The notes under the pieces were generated by a model. The model did not search any database. It was not told where the DNA came from and worked only from the letters and a program-made list of their open reading frames with translations. Positions 23,220-34,497 of a DNA stretch of 44,739 nucleotides are shown here, one piece after another. Position 1 is the first letter of the stretch. Each line of letters opens with the position of its first letter. A program made the position numbers and the translations under genes. The stretch comes from Chara braunii (lineage: Eukaryota; Plantae; Charophyceae): the NCBI GenBank assembly GCA_003427395.1, contig BFEA01000008.1:3528740-3573478 (forward strand), in the 5' to 3' direction.

Positions 23220-26200
23220 TGTCAGTCCATTAGTGCCTCAACTAAGGCAAGCGGGTGCGGAGGGAAGGGGTCAGGGAAATCGGATGTGGGGCGCATCTGA
23301 AAAGTGGGTTCTATAATCGTCCAGTCATTTAGAGTCAGGCAGTAATCCCTGCACTCCGCTAGAGCCCATGGCTACACCTCATCCTTATCCCCCCCAATTT
23401 CTACTTTCACTATCCATCCTCCTCTCTCCCCTCCTAGCCAGTCTTTGCAGAAGGACGAGATTGCACACTTGATGTCTTTGTTTGTTCGGAGGAGGTCCAG
23501 TTGAGATTTCAGCGTCTGCCATCTCCATATTAAGTTGTTGTTGGATCTGTTTGCAGTGTTCGGTTACCTCAGGCCCTTGTACCCGCACCCCTTCCATCAC
23601 TAGGATGCACCTTTGCCACCAGAGTCCCCATAGGATTGCTCTCCGACCCAATTTGAACATGTTTTCTACAAAGGCAGATGCCTCATGGGCTTGTGGCCAA
23701 AACCCTGTGCGGATGGCCTGACATGACCACGGCCATGGCGGGTTAAAGATCATTTTTCTCCATATCGTATCCCACCGGCGCCATACCAGTTGTGCCGTAG
23801 GGCATTGCATGAACACGTGTTCAATGGTTTCAACTCTCTTCCTTATGGGGAAAGCCTGTAGGCATCGTGGGCACCAGGGCAGGGCCTGTCCTTTTTGCTC
23901 TAGGTTAGTGTGGTCGATCAGCGGCTCAGCCAGTTCATAGTCGGGAGGCAGCGGTGGGCAATTTGCCATTGGAGCGAGGAGATTTTGGTCGGTTTTGCTT
24001 TTCGTTCTTGAAACCAATGGATTAGCGTAAGGAGAGAGCGGTCCACATTGAGGTGTTTTGCGTTAGTTTGTGGAGGCTAACCTTCTTGGTGGGGCATGTT
24101 ATTCTTCCTCCTGGTTTCCATTTCCATTTCTGGGTAAAGCGGTAGTTTATGGATCCCGATGGTCAGCTGAAAGGCTTTGGCCTCCTCCCCCTTGTCCAGA
24201 ACCCGTACTCGAAAAACTTTTGTCTTATCCATCCATATGAAGGGGTCCCGAATGCCCTGTAGTGTCCGGGATTGACCGAGTACATACCTTTCCAACAAGG
24301 CATCCTAGGTCCTTATCAGATGAACTCTCCCTAAGTGTTCAGGGTCTCCTCTGATTCCGACCCAGTCCCCTTCCTTCAGCATAGGGCCCTTTCTTAACTT
24401 TCTCTACCACGAGAGCGGTATCCTATCTTAGGCTCTCTATGAGTTTGTCCAAGTTTTGTGCCACGTGGTGACAGTGTTTAAGCACCGGGCTAAGTTCCTC
24501 TACTGTTTTCCAATTCTTTCGTTTTGTATTCCATATATTCCCTATTCTGATCATGCCTAGTTTGACCCATCCCTTCCACGGTGGTGCTGAACTGATCATC
24601 ACTTGGCCCTGTCTGTTTGTCAGCCAACGGTTTCCGAAAAGGGGTTGTCGAAAAACTTTCTCCCACCAGTAAGGGTGTTGTCGTTCTGGGAAAGGGAGTC
24701 GTCGCCAACTGTTTAACAACGAGGGTCAAAATTGGTCCATAGCCTCGTCGCCGTCGTCGGGCCTCCCCCCTCTGTCTGACCATTTTCGTGGGATTGTCTA
24801 GTGGCGATCCTCTATCCATGTCAGGGGGTGCACTTCAGGGGGGGCGGGGGGGCCTAACCGTGCCAAGTGTTCTAGCACCAGGGGTTGTCAGGGACAGTCC
24901 GTGACGAAGATCAATTTTTTTATCAATTCAAGTCGGGGGGTCTGGGTTTGTGTTGTTGGGTCTATTATTCTGAGGCCTCCTGCGCTTTTTGGTTGGATGA
25001 CCAATTCCCAGGCTACCCTACTGATGACATTTTGCAGGTCGCCATCACCCCACCATAAAAAGGACGTCGCCTTTGCCTTCAATGGCCCCACGGCTTGTTT
25101 GCTGAAGAACCAAACCAGGGATTTATACCATAGTGATGCAAATACTACGTTGTTAATCACCAATGCCCTACCTAGAAGGGAGGTGGACGTTTTTCTGCAG
25201 CTAGCCAGCTTGGCCAGGGTCGGCGCCCTGATCCACTCATCGTTGGTTGGCGGGCAGCCTGCGGCGGTCATCGAGACCCCCAAGATTATGAGCGGAGCTT
25301 CCAAGGGTCGCCAAAAGATGAGGGGGGTTTCTGGAGGGCACCCACCTTGGGAGTGGATCCACCACCCTTGTGTTTTGTTCCCCCAATTAACCATCATGTC
25401 CGGCACCTGGGTGAAACGATCCATCATGCGCTGGATCTCTTCCATATTCCTGGTTGTGGCATCCCCCATTATTGTGAGGTCGTTTGCAAACAAGGAGCAT
25501 ACAGTGACCGCCTCGTCTGGAATGTGGGATATTTTGATTCTAGAGATGTCCCTGTTTATGCAAAGGTTTGCAGACAGGGCTTCCATAATGATTAAGAACA
25601 GGAAAGGAGTTGTCGGGTCCCCTTGTCGCACCGAGCGTTCTAGTTTTATGGGGGGGACCAATGAGCCATTAATCTGCACGCTTGTGGTGGCATTTTTGAT
25701 GAAGGATTCATACTCACCTTCTAAATATCGGCCCGAAGTTCATTCTCCGAAGACAGTTGTCCAAGAAGGTCCAATCTATGTGGTCGTAAGCCTTCCCAAA
25801 ATCTATGAATATCAGTGCAGCGTTTTGTTTCAAGTGCCTAGTCAGTTGGAGGACCTCATGTACCAGCAATATGTTTCTTGGATATTCCTACTGTGCATAA
25901 AACCTATCTGCGCGAGGTGGATAATGTCTTCCATGACTGAGATCAACCTGTTGGCCAGCGCTTTAGCCAGCAATTTGTACGACACCGTAAGCAAGGTAAT
26001 AGGTCTGTAGTTACGTATATTCATGCTATGATAATCACCCTTTTTGTAAAGTAGGGTAAGCACTCCCTTGCCCACCATCTCCCCTATATACCCTGTCTCC
26101 CACACCTCAACATAGAAAGCTATCACGTCTTGATTCAGGGGGTCCCACACTGTTTCCCAAAATTCCTTAGGAAAATCGTCTATCCCAGGCGTCTTGTCTT

Positions 26201-27032
26201 CCTCCATTTGCATGAGGGTCGTCCAGATCTCTTGTTTAGAAAGGGGGGCTTCGAGGCGATCGCTTGTGGTTTGGGGGAGGATCCTATCCAAGGGGGCTAG
26301 AAAGTCATTTATCGACGAATCTCTTCTACTGCGGATGAGATGTGTGAGGCGAATAAGTCCTTGTAGAAGTCTCAGACGATTTTCATGCATCTTGCTGTTG
26401 TCAAGGCGGGGGATGCTTCATCAGCGTCAGGATCATATAAGGCTTCGATGGTGTTGCGCCTCACTTTCACTTGTGCAATGCCAAAAAATTGTGCATCCAT
26501 TGCTCCTTCTGTTTTATGTTTGGAGAGTTCGGCTCGGATTCTTGCGCCCTGCCAGCGGTACTGGGCTTGTCGTAGCAGTTGTTCTTTCAAGTTTTGGATA
26601 CGTGTATCCCCCCTCTAATCAGGGCGGTCCTGTTCCTGCGACGATTTTTGTTGTTCTAGTTCCAGTAATTGGGTCATTATTTGAATTTATTATTGGTATC
26701 TTTGCGCTGCCAAGTGTTTGGCAAACTCATTGTTTTTCCTTGCGAGGAAAATTAGACCGTTATTGAACCATGTAATATGGCTATCTAATTCGGGTCGACG
26801 TTCCTTCCAGAAATCCCATGCGTGCCGAAGGTATTGTTGGAAGGATTTTAAAAGCGGCAAGGATGTGTTCAGTTTGTAATAGCGTGGACCTCGATCTGGT
26901 CTCTGTCGAAAGGTTAGTGATGTAAAGCACATTTTTTGATGCAGTCTCGGGAAGGGGCTTTTAAGTTAATGGAAGAATGACCGCCATGGTCAAAGCCTCT
27001 TCGAGCGAATCTACTAATAAGATCAGGTCTAT
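23220..27032 (-). mobile_element. LINE-D: 5'-truncated ORF2 remnant (end of APE, RT, zinc finger), same family as LINE-E
   Basis: IDLILL, YYKLNTSL, KTPGIDD, NYRPITLL, VRQGDP, LFAND, CPRC..ETIEHVFMQC. The C-terminal FPDPFPP is shared with LINE-E. Confidence 0.93.
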
Positions 27033-27161
27033 ACAAGTAAAATACTGACCGACGACCGCGGGATCACGAGTACTGCACGAAAGAATTTGGGTAACTCAAC
27101 TGGCCCACAAACTCGTTTCTATCCTATCCCGTTGTTCGTGGGACCTCGCTCCCGGTCTGTT

Positions 27162-27270
27162 ATGTGTGCGCGCATGTGTGTATGTGTGTGCCTGCGTGTG
27201 AGAGTGTGGTTGTGCAGGAATATGTATGTATGCTCGTGTGTTTGTGTATGTATGTGTTTGTAAGTGTGTT

Positions 27271-27314
<44 letters not shown>

Positions 27315-27412
27315 CATATGTGTGTGTGTTTATGTGTGTTGTGTGTCTCTGTGTGCATGCATGTCTGTTTTTCCTTTTTGTATTTGCTTTTATATATATA
27401 TATATTTTTTTA
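27162..27412. repeat. (GT)n and (TA)n microsatellite region
   Basis: Directly visible dinucleotide repeats. Confidence 0.95.
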
Positions 27413-28190
27413 ATACATGAAGTAGAAAAAAAAAATAGAGTTGGTGTACATCTTTGAAATGTCCATAACCCTATATTTTTAGCTTGTTTTTCAGGTTTTC
27501 TTTTTTTAGCCCTAAAAATATCTCTGTGTAAAAAAAAAAAAAATTCACTTCCTTTTTTTTTTTTATTGTCTTTATGTTTTTGATTTTTTTAAAATAATAA
27601 AAAATATAGTAAAAGCTCAAAAAATAAAAATAAAAGTATAAGGTTGTACAACTCAAAAAGATCTACAACCCTATATTGTTTGTATATTTTTTTCTTATTT
27701 TTAGCCCGCGAAACAAATCATCGCGGGTCTCGTTGCAACCCGTCTAACGGACTTTTCAACAAGGATTCAACGCAGATTCAACGAGCGTTGAATCTTTCAA
27801 CGCAGAACCCAAGTTAAATCGGTTTTCAGACATATCGTGGAAGGGGATGGGTTAACGAAACCCTCACCGTGGACCTCCGGCAACCGCCACCCCACCCAGG
27901 GATCGACAATGACACGAAATAAGAAAAAATTAAAACAACACATTTCGAAATGTCCAATTTTAATGACTGGACATCCACCCTGCATTGCCTGCAACGACGA
28001 TCTCCAATGAACACAAGCTGGACATCTGGTTCGACGACTGTGTGAGGGTATTCACGATATCGCCAGCTGTGTTTTTCGTTTGCAAGAACAACAACAACAT
28101 TCCATACAAGGACGGCATTAAAGACAACACCTTTATTAAACATTTGCATTTATGCATTTCGTTTGAGGAGATGACACCAAAACACATGTT

Positions 28191-28192
<2 letters not shown>

Positions 28193-28265
<73 letters not shown>

Positions 28266-28311
28266 CTGACAGAGGGAGAGAGACAAGTAGATAGAGAGAA
28301 AGAGAGAGAGA
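28193..28311. repeat. (GA)n microsatellite
   Basis: Perfect (AG)n at about 28193-28263, degenerate beyond that. Confidence 0.97.
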
Positions 28312-28618
28312 CAAAGCAAATCCAAGTCGTCATTAAGAAAAGGAAAGTGCATAGTGCACTTCAACGATGCCAATTTAAATTATGAGAAGACGGAATAAGT
28401 CCCTGCCATACCGCAAAAGCCTACGACAAACAAAAAAAGAAAACGTCAATGTCCACAGGACGACTCATCCACCCGATCGGATGACCACCCACTTCCCTGG
28501 CCAAACGATACGTCCAGAACGTCCCGCTCACGGCTATAACGACGACGGAAAGGCTCACACTTTCGCGCCGTCCACATCCATGGAAGCGACAATGCACTCG
28601 ACAGAGGCGGCAAAAACT

Positions 28619-29760
28619 CTAACGCTGACGAATGGCCTTCGCTATCTCCAACTGAGTATGGCACATCAGTTTGCTGACTTCGTCTGACGCTGCATAGTGC
28701 TTTTTCTGCACTTCCACCTTCGCTTCCAACGCCTCGCACTTCCGGACTTGGATGGAGCACTGCTGCTTGTTGGCGCTCTCCATCATCGACACCATTAGCG
28801 CCCCGTGCTTATCCATGCATTTTGTCATCGCTTCGAAAGTTTGTTGCCCCATGCTCTTCCTCTTGCTGAAACCACCGACGCTACCGTCATTTGAGAAGAA
28901 CCTGTCGTCGACCCATCATCGTCGTCGTCGTGCCCTGCACCAGCATCCTCATCGCCCACAGATTCAAGATCCACAGAAGAGGCGGAAGGCAGACGCACAC
29001 CACCCGAAGCACCCGTGTCGGCGACGTTTTTTGGGTTTATGGTGTGGTTTTTGGCCGTCGACCCCACTATCTCGTCGTAAACTGCACGGTCTATGTTGAA
29101 ATTTAAGCCGTTGGACGTCCTCTCCTTCCTAGAGAACTGGAAGAAGTCCTGTTTCCTGGACAAGCCTTGCAACTGATGCACCTTCGTAAACTGCTGCATC
29201 AAATTGTCCCACTTCTTCCCGCACTTATCTGCGTCTCTGTCGACGCCCACCTTCTTCAACCTCTGTGCCACATCTCACCACTTCCATTCTTGCGGCTTCA
29301 TCCGAGTGTGAGCGTGACCCATCCCCTGCAGATACGCATCTTGGTCTGGTTTAGCCCTTATGAGGGCTATAATGTCGTCGACGGACCAGAACTGATGACC
29401 TCCGTCCGCATCACCGTCACCTTTGGCATCGCTCCCCTTCCCCACTGCTTTTTTCCCCCGACGACCATTGCGGGTAGAAGCCTTCGTCCTTCCTCCCCTG
29501 CCTCCCATGTTGTTCTGCTTGAACGGTGACACGTAGTCTTCGTCCTTCTCCCCACCTTCTCTGTCGTCGTCGTCGTCATCGCTATCGTCCGCGTCCAGAA
29601 CTGGTGCCTCCTTTTCATTTTCCTGCTCCCCCACACGCAGTCGCTGGACCCCCCGAGTTATGGATTTTTCGCGCCCCAACCGGAGCCCCTGTCGGTGTTC
29701 TGCCCACACCTCTCCCGTCCCGGTCGTCACCAATATCGGGGAAGCCAGAATCCGTCTCCC
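28619..29760 (-). pseudogene. Myb/SANT-like trihelix protein pseudogene, possibly transposon-derived
   Basis: FWSVDDIIALIRAK..WKW*DVAQRLKKVGVDRDADKCGKKWDNLMQQF is the trihelix W..W..CxxKWxNL pattern, followed by a C-terminal coiled coil (CEALEAKVEVQKK). It has an in-frame stop and a frameshift. Confidence 0.88.
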
Positions 29761-29959
29761 CGCAGAGAGGGAATCCCATGCAGAAAAGCAGATCAATCAC
29801 AATCTTTTGCACCTCTCCACAATTTGAAAGACGTCCAGATTCGGACACTTATTCCAATCCTTTTTTGCCACTGGGATCTTGCCCTTACCTGAGGCCCGTG
29901 CGTGCATGGATAATGGAGAGACGAGTTTCATTTCTTTTTTCTCTTTTCTTTTCTTCTTC

Positions 29960-30442
29960 TTTTTTTTTTTCTTTCTATATTCTTCTCTCAACTTCTGTTT
30001 CTTTTACCTTCCACTACCTACTCCTAAGACTATCTAGAGGGGACCCCTGCAAGCATAGTTTCCTCTCTCTGTGAAGGGGAGATTTCATGTTGCCCCTTGC
30101 CCCTAATGGTTAGGGTATAGGGTTGGGGCCGCCAGTGGGGGTCTGGCTAACACAAAGACCGAGACCTGCCAGTAGCTGTGCCTCCCTTTCTCATCGTCCC
30201 CCACCCTTCATCGAGTAGCAGCAGAGGCTATGGCCAACACTCTCCCACACTCCACACACAACCCACTCGCGCTCACACTCACACCCGTGTTGGTCATAGA
30301 CCCCGCTAATACCTATCAGGGGTATCCAGAGGACTATTACAGTCCGTTGGCACTAAGTGTGCCACAGGTGGCCATGGGGTTTGAACCCACAGCCTCCTGG
30401 ATGCCACTTGCATGCCTAACCAACTGAGCTAGGCCGCTGGAT
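29960..30442 (-). mobile_element. tRNA-derived SINE, copy 2
   Basis: A box TAGCTCAGTTGG and B box GGTTCAAACC. Head and tail are homologous to copy 1. 16-bp TSD TTTTCTTTTCTTCTTC at 29944-29959 and 30443-30458. Confidence 0.87.
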
Positions 30443-30469
30443 TTTTCTTTTCTTCTTCCTAAGAACGGC

Positions 30470-30965
30470 TCTTTATTATTTATTTATTTATTTATTTATT
30501 TTTGAACTTTGCTTGGACAAGAACAACAGAGGCCGGGGACCTCACAATCAAACCACCAGTACTTGGCCCAGCTATCTGCTGCGGCGCTTTAACAGCGGCA
30601 CTTTCCCGTTAACGTGCAGCGCCTTTAGGGCTTCGGGGTACCGGACCACAATGGCTGGAAACGCCAGCCAATTTTTTTTTGAAACGGTATCCATAGCCGG
30701 GCCAAGTACTGGTGGTGGGGCATTCCAGGCTCGGCAGCTATAGCTGGGCCAAGTACTGGTGGTTTCAACCCGGATTGCTGAAAAACAGGTCCAGCATCCT
30801 ATCTTGGGTATCAGACTGGAAAGCAGGTGCAGTGTCCTCAGAAGAAGAGATAGAAAAACTGGCTGGAAACCAGGTCCAGCGTCCTTTCCAAAAAAAAAAA
30901 AAATACTTCTAGTAATTCTAGCATCTTCGCATATGACGGAAGAAAATCAGGTCTGGCGTCCGTTT
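30470..30965 (-). mobile_element. Retroelement 3' tail with (TAAA)n end, interrupted by a MITE
   Basis: (TTTA)n at 30471-30503, GAGGCCGGGGACCTC stem-loop, tail motif at 30777 and 30862. Confidence 0.6.
30552..30764. mobile_element. MITE with TIR ACCACCAGTACTTGGCCCAGCTA
   Basis: 23-bp perfect TIR with TCAA on both flanks (one extra T at the right end). Confidence 0.8.
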
Positions 30966-31485
30966 TTAGATTCAATGAAATAGCTTTTTGACAGCCTTAC
31001 GCTTTCTTCTGCTCAGTGCCCTTCCGAGCTCAGAAGGGACCTCAGACCTTCTCAGCCTGATGGGCTGCCTGCTGAATCCATAATACCTAGGTCTGTGAGT
31101 GGGTGGTCCCACAAGAGCTCCGAGCCTCCGAGTACTTGAGCTTGTCCCTGTAATCGAAGTAGGCCCAACAGTGTAGAGAGGCCCACTTGGATTGGAATAG
31201 AATCTTTGGGAAGCAGTTTCAGGAACAAAAAAAAAACAAAAACAAAAAAACAAAAAACAAAGCTGTAAAGAGAAACGAACTGTAAGCTGCTGACAGCCAG
31301 CTTGTCGCACACATTGACATGATACATCTCCACAGTGTCACGTGGAAATACCAGAGAAAGAAAGCCCCTGGCAAGATCGGTCAGCCCTTTGTCGTGTATG
31401 TCCCTACCTCGTCCGGTCTTCTTTTTTTTTTTTTTTTTTTTTGCCCAGGTCAAATAAAGAGCTATTACGCACTTGCATACACACT

Positions 31486-31765
31486 TATATATATATATAT
31501 ATTTTTTTTTTTCCGAAAAAATACATTCAATTTCATTCCAGAAAAAAAATAAAGTACACGTATATATATATATATATATCGTCACAAACAGAACTGCCCG
31601 GTAAACCGTAGGCAGAGAGAGAGAAGAGGGCAACAAACGAGGGGCTGTGATATATATATATACACATATATATACATATATATACACATATATATATATA
31701 CACATATATATATATGCATGTATATATACTTATATATGCATTATATATACATTATATGATATATA
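31486..31765. repeat. (TA)n-rich microsatellite cluster
   Basis: Multiple (TA)n and (TACA)n runs. Confidence 0.9.
31579..31650 (-). mobile_element. Small (TA)n-embedded element, shortest copy
   Basis: Reverse complement of 32997-33070, with (TA)n on both sides. Confidence 0.8.
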
Positions 31766-31881
31766 GGGTTCAGCCTCCTGATGAGTCAGTCGGTGAAACT
31801 CCGACGAAACAGTTTGTCACATCCCCTCGTTTGTTGTCCTCTTCTCCCTCCCTCTCTGCCTACCCGGCAGCCCTGTTTGAC
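31766..31881 (+). mobile_element. Small (TA)n-embedded element, longest copy, carrying a hammerhead catalytic core (31778-31810)
   Basis: CTGATGA-gtca-GTCGG-tgaaact-CCGAC-GAAAC, followed by the body shared with the other two copies. Confidence 0.75.
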
Positions 31882-32213
31882 TAACTCTCTCTCTCTCTCT
31901 ATATATATATATATGACGATATATATATGTATGTATGTATATATATTTTTTTTCAATAGTAATTTTTTGCACAGGTAGTTTTGTTTAATAACTTTCTATT
32001 CACATCTACTTCACAGTGAGTTCTGGCTTGCTCATGCGGTATTGATATTCGGTTGCGCTTCACGTGGGTAAGGATGCAGCCGAGATGATTGATCATTAAT
32101 CTACCTTCTTTTTTTTTTTCCTCTTTTTTTTCCCCTCTTTTTTTAAGAGGTTGACTGTTTGATGATCATTTCGATTCACTGTGTCCCCCAAAAAAGGGGA
32201 GTACGCTATGAAG

Positions 32214-32321
32214 GGGCGTGGTCCCACCTCTTACCTGGATTCTAGATTTGTGGCCTTGGATGACGGTGGTCTGATTTAACGACCAGGAACAAAGAATCTG
32301 GGTGTTAAGTGTGGGACCTCT
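32214..32321. mobile_element. Degenerate GGTCCCAC-type MITE, right end at gap
   Basis: Imperfect inverted repeat GGTCCCAC..GATTCT / AGAATC..GTGGGACC. Confidence 0.5.
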
Positions 32322-32972
32322 NNNNNNNNNNNNNNNNNNNNNNNNNNNNNNNNNNNNNNNNNNNNNNNNNNNNNNNNNNNNNNNNNNNNNNNNNNNNNNN
32401 NNNNNNNNNNNNNNNNNNNNNNNNNNNNNNNNNNNNNNNNNNNNNNNNNNNNNNNNNNNNNNNNNNNNNNNNNNNNNNNNNNNNNNNNNNNNNNNNNNNN
32501 NNNNNNNNNNNNNNNNNNNNNNNNNNNNNNNNNNNNNNNNNNNNNNNNNNNNNNNNNNNNNNNNNNNNNNNNNNNNNNNNNNNNNNNNNNNNNNNNNNNN
32601 NNNNNNNNNNNNNNNNNNNNNNNNNNNNNNNNNNNNNNNNNNNNNNNNNNNNNNNNNNNNNNNNNNNNNNNNNNNNNNNNNNNNNNNNNNNNNNNNNNNN
32701 NNNNNNNNNNNNNNNNNNNNNNNNNNNNNNNNNNNNNNNNNNNNNNNNNNNNNNNNNNNNNNNNNNNNNNNNNNNNNNNNNNNNNNNNNNNNNNNNNNNN
32801 NCCCCCCCCCCCCCCCCCCCCCCCAAAAAAAAAGGAACAAGCACTGTCACGTCGCTTGACAAGTCCTTGAAACAATGACGTGGCATTGCTGTCATAAGAA
32901 ATCGGATGACAGTTGGGTCGAGCAGGGAGTCCTTAGGCGCCCTCTCCAGGCCATTGCTTATGTATATATATA

Positions 32973-33070
32973 GTGAAACTCCGACGAAACAGTTTGTCAC
33001 AGCCCCTCGTTTGTTGTCCTCTTCTCCCTCCCTCTCTGCCTACGGTTTACCGGGCAGTTCTATTTGACGA
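32973..33070 (+). mobile_element. Small (TA)n-embedded element, intermediate copy with half of the hammerhead core
   Basis: GTGAAACTCCGACGAAACAGTTTGTCAC.. is nearly identical to 31793-31863, with (TA)n on both sides. Confidence 0.8.
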
Positions 33071-33218
33071 TATATATAAACATATAAAGGAAGCCATGTG
33101 GACAGCACGGAGACCTCACTCCGGTTGGTAGCTGCTCACGATCGACCAAAAACGGAGAATTCGATTTTTAAAGGTTTTCTCCCGCTTAGAAAGGGAGTTT
33201 TTTTTGCCTCTTTTTTGT

Positions 33219-33320
33219 AATTTGAGCAATTTCTGTATTTATAAGTGTCATCATCGTGCAGGGGCCATGCTAATCTTCTCTGTATTACCCAACTGACCTG
33301 CCTTCTTCCCCCGAATAAAA
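33219..33320 (-). pseudogene. Diverged U6 snRNA copy, probable retropseudogene
   Basis: 28-nt exact U6 core ATACAGAGAAGATTAGCATGGCCCCTGC (33258-33285) and plant-like 3' end GATGACAC..ATAAAT..AGAAAT..CAAATT. It is followed by A-runs rather than an oligo-T terminator. Confidence 0.88.
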
Positions 33321-33387
33321 TGTACGGTCATTATAGCTGTATTTAAGGCATCTTTCAGTCTAGATACAGCTATGATGACCGTACGTT
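33319..33387. repeat. ~27-bp-stem hairpin
   Basis: Core arms GTACGGTCATTATAGCTGTAT / ATACAGCTATGATGACCGTAC. Confidence 0.9.
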
Positions 33388-33481
33388 GGAACAAGGTAGC
33401 TCAGTTGGTACACCCCTGAACTGTTGAAGTGATATCTCAAGCAGTCTCCATTTTATTTGAAGGGGCAACTACCGTAACTAC

Positions 33482-34158
33482 GGGGCACTCACAAAAGCAG
33501 TTTCTAAACGCATTTCAAAGTTTTCATTGTTCCAACTTCCACTTCGCAGTCCAGTCCGGGGCCAGGTCCCACTAGCAGCGTTGAGTTTCCTCAAGGCCTG
33601 AATATGGACACGTTCGTGGAGATGTGCGGTTGAAAAAACTCAATGCGATTTCTGCACATATCCACATACACGTCCAGATTCAGGCCTTGAGGAAACTCAA
33701 CGCTGCTAGTGGGACCTGGCCCCTGGTCTGAGGTTTGCAATGCGGTCCAAGCTCTGCTTTGCAGAAAAGCCGCACTGTGGAGTTTGTAACTGCAGTTCAG
33801 TCAGGCACGTTCTCGTTCTTTTTGTATTTTTCTTTTAATCTCGGGCATGGCCGAGGCATCTTGGCCGTGTCCCAGCCACGCAACAAGATGCTCGGCCACA
33901 TCCAAAAGGAGGGGAAAGGGAGTGGGGGGGAGGGAACCGAAAAAAAAAAAACACCCAAAAAAAAACCGGCCACATGCCTGACTGAATTGCAGTCACAAAC
34001 TCTGCGGTGCGACCTTTCTGCAAAGCAGCAGAGTTTGGACTGCATTGTAATTCAGCAGCAGACTTTGGACTGCATTGTAATTCTCGGACCGGACTGGACT
34101 GCGGACTGTGAAACGGAAGTTTGAAATGCATTTAGAAACTCAAACCATGACTGCGCCC
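33482..34158. mobile_element. Large fold-back MITE hosting a nested 164-bp MITE
   Basis: Arms 33499-33558 plus 33726-33810 are reverse complementary to 33970-34140. Central hairpin at 33847-33901. Confidence 0.8.
33559..33722. mobile_element. 164-bp palindromic PIF/Harbinger-like MITE, copy 2
   Basis: Same length as and highly similar to 20500-20663. Flanks CCG/CTG. Confidence 0.9.
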
Positions 34159-34497
34159 TAGTTTTCTCTTGATTTCATTTTTTAAGGAAAAAATACAAAT
34201 GTCTGTGCCCTTCCAACTTCCAACTTTAATGGTTTTAACGGATAAAGGATGTGCAGAAGGACGGACAGAGAGTATTCAGAAGAAGAGGCGATTTTTCAGC
34301 AGTTGCTGTAACAGAAAAACCACTACCTCATCATTGCTGGCCCTTAAGGAATGCCTCCTCACAATAGGAATGAAAATAAGCTGGAATAAGTCAACAGCAC
34401 TGACGAAATAAGCTTGAATAAATCAACAGCACTGACGCCAAACAGCTCCCCACTGCGCCAGTACTGGCCCACTAGCACTGGACCTAGTTTGCATTAA

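Noticed and set aside
24901-26010. 369-aa plus-strand ORF and similar antisense ORFs (3810-4457, 40675-41217)
   Set aside because: These are shadows of LINE coding strands with no independent motifs.
27096-27457. HT- and CV-repeat ORFs (and SL-repeat ORFs near 28.2 kb)
   Set aside because: Translations of microsatellites.
32228-32240. CTTACCTGG as a U1 snRNA 5' end
   Set aside because: No U1 stem-loops or Sm site follow; it lies within a MITE arm.
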